DNA of 53,544 bases, taken from contig CAMBXP010000005.1 of assembly GCA_945871895.1 (NCBI GenBank), positions 1 through 53,544 of the forward strand. Direction: 5' to 3'. A model generated the notes under the pieces. That model was not told the origin of the DNA. It did no database searches and saw nothing but the letters and a program-made list of their open reading frames with translations. How positions within the stretch are numbered: position 1 is the stretch's first letter; every line of letters begins with the position of its first letter. Origin of the DNA: Chryseobacterium gleum (lineage in GTDB: Bacteria; Bacteroidota; Bacteroidia; Flavobacteriales_C; GCA-002722245). Of the stretch, positions 48,034 to 53,544 are shown in pieces. Both the position numbers and the translations under genes were made by a program.

Positions 48034-49965
48034 ATGGAATTTAAAGCAGGAGAATTATTAAATAATATTCAGTTTCCTCAAGACCTTAGAGCTTTGAAGG
48101 AGTCTCAGCTGTCTCAGGTGAGTGATGAATTGCGTCAGTTTATTATTGATGTGGTATCTGCAAAAGGCGGACACTTTGGTGCTAGCCTAGGTACAGTTGA
48201 GCTAAGTGTTGCTTTGCATTATGTGTTCAACACTCCCGACGACAGAATTGTGTGGGATGTGGGGCATCAGGCTTACGGACACAAGATTTTAACAGGAAGA
48301 AAAGACGTTTTTCATACCAACAGAAAATACAAAGGAATTAGTGGTTTCCCTAAACGCAGCGAAAGTGACTACGATACTTTTGGCGTGGGTCACTCATCTA
48401 CCTCCATCTCTGCAGCTTTAGGTATGGCTGTGGGTTCTCATTATTTGAAAGCCGATGACCGTCAGCATATCGCCGTTATTGGCGACGGAGCACTTACAGG
48501 AGGAATGGCTTTTGAAGCTTTGAATCACGGCGGTGTAGCCAATTCTAACTTACTGGTGATATTGAACGACAATTGCATGTCGATTGACCCTAATGTTGGG
48601 GCTTTGAAAGAATACTTAACCAAAATCACTACTTCACATACTTACAACAAGGTGAAAGATGATGTTTGGCATTTGTTGGGTAAAATCAGCAAGTTCGGAC
48701 CAAACGCTCAAGCTATCGTTCAAAAGATTGAGAATGGAATTAAGGCTACTTTGTTGGCTAAAAGCAACTATTTTGAATCGTTAAACTTTAGATATTTCGG
48801 TCCGGTTGACGGCCACGATGTAAAGTATTTGGCCAAAGTTCTTAAAGACTTAAAAGATATTCCTGGTCCGAAAATATTGCACGTTCTTACCAAAAAAGGG
48901 AAGGGCTACGTGCACTCAGAATTTGGTGATCAAACGACTTGGCATGCGCCAGGTGTTTTCAATAAAGATACAGGCGAAATCATTAAGTTAACGCCACCAA
49001 CACCGCAAGCACCTAAATACCAAGATGTATTCGGACACACCATTGTAGAGTTGGCAGAGAAGAATGAAAAGATAATGGGTATTACACCCGCTATGCCTTC
49101 GGGAAGTTCGTTGAATATTATGATGAGCGCCATGCCTGATAGAGCTTTCGACGTGGGTATTGCCGAGCAGCATGCCGTTACTTTTTCGGCAGGATTGGCA
49201 ACAGAAGGATTGATTCCTTTTTGTAATATTTACTCGTCTTTCATGCAACGTGCTTATGACCAAGTGGTGCACGACGTTGCCTTACAGAAATTACCAGTTG
49301 TTTTTTGTTTAGATAGAGCCGGCTTTGCTGGTGCCGATGGCGCTACGCATCACGGCGCTTATGATATTGCCTACATGCGTTGTATTCCAAATATGGTGGT
49401 TTCTTCGCCGATGAATGAATCGGAATTGAGAAACTTAATGTATACTGCACAATTACCTGGTGGCGGACCATTCTCGATTCGTTACCCACGTGGTGAAGGC
49501 GTTATGATCGAGTGGAAAACGCCGATGAAAGAAATTAAAATCGGCACAGGAAGAAAAATGATTCATGGCGACGATGTAGCTATTTTAACTATCGGTCCGG
49601 TTGGAAATTTCGCCACCGAAGCTTGCGCTAAATTAGAAGCCGAAAATATTTCTGCTGCGCATTACGATATGCGCTTTGCAAAGCCAATTGATGAGTTATT
49701 GTTACACGAAGTGTTTGGCAAATTCAAAACAGTAATCACTATTGAAGACGGTACTTTGGTAGGTGGAATGGGCTCTGCAGTATTAGAATTTATGAGTGAT
49801 CATGGTTATCAGGCGCAGGTTGTTCGTTTGGGTATTCCCGACAGATTTGTTGATCATGGTAGCCAGCAAGAATTGTATAAAGAATGCTCTTTCGATGCGC
49901 AAAGCATTTATGAAACGGCGAAAAAATTCGTGCAAAAATCGAACAACAAACAGGTTGCAGGCTAG
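48034..49965 (+). CDS. dxs: 1-deoxy-D-xylulose-5-phosphate synthase
   Basis: GGHFGASLG, WDVGHQAY, GDGALTGG..NDN, GIAEQHA, DRAG..DGATH, IRYPRG. Confidence 0.97.
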   Translation: MEFKAGELLNNIQFPQDLRALKESQLSQVSDELRQFIIDVVSAKGGHFGASLGTVELSVALHYVFNTPDDRIVWDVGHQAYGHKILTGRKDVFHTNRKYKGISGFPKRSESDYDTFGVGHSSTSISAALGMAVGSHYLKADDRQHIAVIGDGALTGGMAFEALNHGGVANSNLLVILNDNCMSIDPNVGALKEYLTKITTSHTYNKVKDDVWHLLGKISKFGPNAQAIVQKIENGIKATLLAKSNYFESLNFRYFGPVDGHDVKYLAKVLKDLKDIPGPKILHVLTKKGKGYVHSEFGDQTTWHAPGVFNKDTGEIIKLTPPTPQAPKYQDVFGHTIVELAEKNEKIMGITPAMPSGSSLNIMMSAMPDRAFDVGIAEQHAVTFSAGLATEGLIPFCNIYSSFMQRAYDQVVHDVALQKLPVVFCLDRAGFAGADGATHHGAYDIAYMRCIPNMVVSSPMNESELRNLMYTAQLPGGGPFSIRYPRGEGVMIEWKTPMKEIKIGTGRKMIHGDDVAILTIGPVGNFATEACAKLEAENISAAHYDMRFAKPIDELLLHEVFGKFKTVITIEDGTLVGGMGSAVLEFMSDHGYQAQVVRLGIPDRFVDHGSQQELYKECSFDAQSIYETAKKFVQKSNNKQVAG

Positions 49966-50640
49966 ATGAAGAAAATCTTGGTAATAGTTTTTACTCTTTT
50001 TTCTGTGGTGCTTATTGCGCAGAACGAACCAAGCTCACGAATTAAAAAGCGCAAATACAAATTGTTGAGTGAAGATGCGGTAGTATTAGACATCACTTCA
50101 AATATGTGGAGAAACGCACCGCAAGGTATCGTTCAACATCCATTAAAATCTATAGGCTTTAATCTCTCTTTTTTCTTCGACCGCCCTTTGGGCTATAGTC
50201 CGTTTGCCATCGCCATCGGTATAAGCTACGCTGTTGAGCATGTTCAAAACAACGGAGTGTTTGTGTATTCCAATAACTTCAGCACTACTTCTATCGCTTC
50301 TTTACAGGTTCCCTTTGCATCTAATCGATTAACCAGTGAATGGTTTGATATTCCATTAGAGTTGCGCTTGAGAACTAAAGGTCGCGGACCGTTTCGTTTA
50401 TACATTGGAGCCAAAGCGGGAGTAAATATTACCAACTACCACCAGTTCATCGATCACGATACCAAAACCAGAGATTACAAAATAAGAAACTTAAATGTTT
50501 ACCGCTATGGTGTTTACGCCCGCTTGGGTTATGCCATGCTTAATTTATACAGCTATTATTCGTTGAGTGATATGTTTGAGCGCGGCAGTGGTCCGCAATT
50601 AGCGCCTATTTCTGTAGGTGTTTCTTTCTTGCTGAGGTAG
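49966..50640 (+). CDS. Outer-membrane beta-barrel (porin-family) protein
   Basis: Signal peptide; FDIPLELRLR, YRYGVYARLGY; terminal strand ISVGVSFLL. Confidence 0.75.
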   Translation: MKKILVIVFTLFSVVLIAQNEPSSRIKKRKYKLLSEDAVVLDITSNMWRNAPQGIVQHPLKSIGFNLSFFFDRPLGYSPFAIAIGISYAVEHVQNNGVFVYSNNFSTTSIASLQVPFASNRLTSEWFDIPLELRLRTKGRGPFRLYIGAKAGVNITNYHQFIDHDTKTRDYKIRNLNVYRYGVYARLGYAMLNLYSYYSLSDMFERGSGPQLAPISVGVSFLLR

Positions 50641-50674
50641 AATTTTTCAATTATTTTTTTCTTTTCATCAAATC

Positions 50675-50709
50675 ACACGTATATTTGAAATTATAATAAC
50701 ACGTGTTAT
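50675..50709 (+). promoter_or_regulatory. Toxin-antitoxin promoter and operator
   Basis: TATATTTG -7 box at 50680-50687; ACACGT at 50675-50680; perfect palindrome ATAACACGTGTTAT at 50696-50709 overlapping the ATG. Confidence 0.65.
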
Positions 50710-50956
50710 GACAACAAAACTCACTTTAACTATTGATGATTCTGTGATTAATTCAGCAAAGAAATATGCTCTTAAGAAGGGGCGTAGTCTTTCTAACATT
50801 ATCGAGAATTACTTGAAAACAATTAGCGCTAAAGAGGAAAAGGAAGAAAAGCTTTCTCCTAAAGTAATGAAGCTAATGGGCTCTATTAACTTGCCAGAAG
50901 ATTTCGATTATAAAAAGGATTTAAGTAAAGCTTTGTCTAAAAAGTATAAAAAATGA
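50708..50956 (+). CDS. Antitoxin, DUF6364/RHH-like
   Basis: MTTKLTLTIDDSVINSAKKYA..SLSNIIENYL; overlaps the PIN gene by ATGA. Confidence 0.85.
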   Translation: MTTKLTLTIDDSVINSAKKYALKKGRSLSNIIENYLKTISAKEEKEEKLSPKVMKLMGSINLPEDFDYKKDLSKALSKKYKK

Positions 50957-51372
50957 TTCATCTTTTTCTCGATACCAACATATTAATCGATTTCTTGGTG
51001 AACCGTCAACCTTTCTCTTTAGAAGCAGCAAAACTATTCGATTACTCAGAGAAAGGAAAAGCAAAGATTTATGTTGCGGCGGTTTCTTACAACAATCTTT
51101 ACTATATCATACGTCAATCACTATCACACAGCGACACTATAAAATTATTGGATGAACTAAGTGAAATGGTGGAAATAATAGATACTACCAAAAGTGTTGT
51201 TACGAAAGCTATCAAAAGTGATTTCAAAGACTTTGAAGATGCTATTCAATACCACTGCGCATTGTCGAATAATAAGATAAAAGCTATAGTAACCAGAGAT
51301 AGTAAAGGCTTTAAGAAAAGCAGTCTTTCGGTTTTGAGCCCTAAGGAAGCGTTGGGTTTGTTCGAGTCTTAA
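50953..51372 (+). CDS. PIN-domain (VapC-like) toxin
   Basis: FLDTNILIDFL, DFEDAIQY, IVTRD. Confidence 0.9.
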   Translation: MIHLFLDTNILIDFLVNRQPFSLEAAKLFDYSEKGKAKIYVAAVSYNNLYYIIRQSLSHSDTIKLLDELSEMVEIIDTTKSVVTKAIKSDFKDFEDAIQYHCALSNNKIKAIVTRDSKGFKKSSLSVLSPKEALGLFES

Positions 51373-52475
51373 TTCTCCATCCCCTTCAAACTTCTCTCAG
51401 CATCGCTATATCTCTCGTTTCTACCAAACTTCTCTTTATCTACAATTTGCAATGGATTAGCCGTAATCTCTTTGCTTATTTTACGATTGGCAATAATGTC
51501 CATCGCTTCATAAATAGCATTGCGGAAAGAGCTTTCATCGGCTGTGCCTTTGCCTGCTATTTCGTAACCTGTTCCGTGATCGGGAGAGGTGCGCACTATT
51601 GGTAAACCAGCGGTGAAATTAACGCCGCTGCCGAAGCTTAGTGTTTTAAATGGAATCAATCCTTGATCATGATACATCGCCAAAACAGCATCGAAATTTT
51701 TGTACAAACCGTTGCCGAAAAATCCATCGGCTGAGTACGGACCCATAGCAAAAATTCCTTTTTCTTTTGCTTGTTTGATGGCTGGAGAGATAATTTCAAT
51801 TTCTTCTTTGCCCAATAAACCGTTGTCGCCAGCATGAGGATTTAAGCCCAATACAGCGATGCGCGGTTTGCGAATTTGGTAATCTTGTTCCAGACTTTTA
51901 TGCATCAATTGCAGTTTCGACAAGATTTTTTCTGCAGAAATTTTTTGCGCTACTTCGGCAACAGGAACATGTCCGGTTACCACACCAATCTTCAAACCTT
52001 CGGTCACCATAAACATTAAGCTATCTTTTGCTCCTGCTGCATGTTCAAGGTATTCTGTATGTCCGGGAAACTTAAATTCTTCCGATTGTATATTGTCTTT
52101 ATTAATAGGAGCCGTAACCAAGGCATCAATCTTATTTTCTACTAAATCTTTGGTAGCGCACTCTAAAGCCTGCAAAGCCCCTTTGCCGCCACCAGCTGTA
52201 GATAAGCCAGGTTGAGGATCTTCTGTTTCATCAACACAAGAAATCAAATTCAGTTTTTTAGGTTGTGCCTTTTGAATATCGTCTATCAATTGAAACATCA
52301 CGCCTTCTACTTTTAGTAAATCGCGGTAGTAAGTGAAGAACTTGCGCGAGCCGTAAACCACGGGAGTAAACATCTCTAGTAATCTTGCGTCGTTAAATGT
52401 TTTAAGAATAATCTCGTATCCTACACCATTATAGTCGCCTTGCGTAATGCCTATTATTAATTTTTTATCGCTCAT
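51369..52475 (-). CDS. pdxA: 4-hydroxythreonine-4-phosphate dehydrogenase
   Basis: GDYNGVGYE, TAPINK, FPGHTEY, GLNPHAG, AMYHDQGL, RTSPDHGT. Confidence 0.96.
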   Translation of the reverse strand: MSDKKLIIGITQGDYNGVGYEIILKTFNDARLLEMFTPVVYGSRKFFTYYRDLLKVEGVMFQLIDDIQKAQPKKLNLISCVDETEDPQPGLSTAGGGKGALQALECATKDLVENKIDALVTAPINKDNIQSEEFKFPGHTEYLEHAAGAKDSLMFMVTEGLKIGVVTGHVPVAEVAQKISAEKILSKLQLMHKSLEQDYQIRKPRIAVLGLNPHAGDNGLLGKEEIEIISPAIKQAKEKGIFAMGPYSADGFFGNGLYKNFDAVLAMYHDQGLIPFKTLSFGSGVNFTAGLPIVRTSPDHGTGYEIAGKGTADESSFRNAIYEAMDIIANRKISKEITANPLQIVDKEKFGRNERYSDAERSLKGMEN

Positions 52476-52541
52476 TTTTTCTATCTAAATTGCTGTAGTG
52501 AAATCGTTAAATCGCCCCTAAGATACATATCTTTGAAACTG

Positions 52542-53544
52542 ATGCAGAAAATACTCTTCATAATATTTTTATTCTGTGGCTTTTTGGGCTTTTCCACACA
52601 CAATCGCGCAGGAGAAATCACTTACACACAAACGGGACCCAACAGCATAAGCATTACCGTGACTACCTATACAAAGGCATCTAGCGAAGCCGATCGGCCG
52701 ACAATTACCATTAAATGGGGAGATGGGAAATCACAAGAAATAGATCGTGATGCCAATTATCCGCAATTGTATTCTAATGATATCAATATCAATAAATATA
52801 CGAGCAACCACACCTTTCCATCAACAGGTGAGTTTACTATAAGCTTTGAAGATGCTAATAGAAATGCCAATGTGGTGAATATTCCCAATTCTGTAGATAT
52901 ACCATTTTACATAGAAACCAAAGTGTTAGTCAATCCATTTTTAGGAACAAATACTTCACCCAAACTACTTTATGCTCCAATTGATGATGCCTGTTTGAAC
53001 CAAACATTTTTGCACAATCCAGGTGCTTTTGATGCCGAAGGAGACCAGTTGAAATACACCTTAGTGAGCTGTAAAACTGCTGATGGCGCCGCAGTTACAG
53101 GTTACACCTTACCGGCGGGTATAAGCATGAATGTAAATACTGGTGATCTTATTTGGAACAGTCCAACACTTATAGGGGAATTCAACATTGCATTTATGAT
53201 AGAAGAATACCGAAATGGTTATAAAGTGGGTTCTATTCTGCGCGATATGCAAATTAGCGTATTGGCTTGTGCGAACAACGATCCTCCCGCTATCACCATA
53301 CCCAGTGAAATATGCATAGAGGCCGGAGATACACTCCATTTAAAAGTGCTGGCCAAAGACCCTAATCTAGGCGATACACTAGTACTTTCAGCAGTGAGTG
53401 GCATGTTTACTATTGCTGCACCTACTCCACTGTTTGCACAACCCGCAATAGTTGCAGATTCAGCATCATCATTTTTTACATGGATGCCCAACTGCAGTCA
53501 GGTGCGCATACAACCCTACACTGTCTTATTCAAAGCGCGCGACA
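52542..53544 (+). CDS. Secreted gliding-motility/T9SS-cargo-type protein, 3'-truncated (absent from the ORF track)
   Basis: Manual translation MQKILFIIFLFCGFLGFSTHNRAGEITY..WGDG..DANRNANVVNIPNS..HNPGAFDAEGD, apparently open to the window end; TATCTTTG box at 52528-52535. Confidence 0.8.
   Translation, partial: MQKILFIIFLFCGFLGFSTHNRAGEITYTQTGPNSISITVTTYTKASSEADRPTITIKWGDGKSQEIDRDANYPQLYSNDININKYTSNHTFPSTGEFTISFEDANRNANVVNIPNSVDIPFYIETKVLVNPFLGTNTSPKLLYAPIDDACLNQTFLHNPGAFDAEGDQLKYTLVSCKTADGAAVTGYTLPAGISMNVNTGDLIWNSPTLIGEFNIAFMIEEYRNGYKVGSILRDMQISVLACANNDPPAITIPSEICIEAGDTLHLKVLAKDPNLGDTLVLSAVSGMFTIAAPTPLFAQPAIVADSASSFFTWMPNCSQVRIQPYTVLFKARD

Noticed and set aside
2564-50435. Numerous 60-170 aa ORFs antisense to or nested in long genes (e.g. 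12508-12930, 40504-41028, 42160-42585)
   Set aside because: They lie within well-supported genes and have no motifs; typical shadow ORFs.
53109-53491. Minus-strand ORFs of 76 and 90 aa
   Set aside because: Shadows of the plus-strand gene starting at 52542.

Overview
A 53.5 kb chromosomal window from a Bacteroidota genome, judged from T9SS genes, TAnnTTTG-type promoters, alpha2-type GlyRS and an N-acyl-ornithine transcarbamylase. Left to right: the 3' end of an IS256-family element; a DUF6804-like gene; a DUF1016/YhcG nuclease gene with an early in-frame stop, bracketed by short repeats; tatA (missing from the ORF track); a peptidoglycan O-acetylation-like operon (lytic transglycosylase, PatB-like SGNH protein, SGNH::MBOAT fusion); a heavy-metal efflux operon (CzcA::TolC fusion plus CzcB) headed by a secreted His-rich small protein ending in WQPP, a candidate metal-sensing ribosome-arrest leader; an eight-gene GbsR/DUF2071/DCC1/DoxX operon of unknown function with a visible operator; an M23 peptidase, DUF3108 and argH-argF'; a nest of REP-like palindromes; porV-like, porU-like, lnt and metG genes; pssA; a T9SS cargo; glyQS-tatC-lptB; a TetR-TolC-MFP-RND operon; dxs; a beta-barrel protein; a DUF6364-PIN toxin-antitoxin pair; pdxA; and a truncated gliding/T9SS-type cargo gene. 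I found no rRNA, tRNA or CRISPR array. All family assignments come from motif recognition by eye, not database searches.
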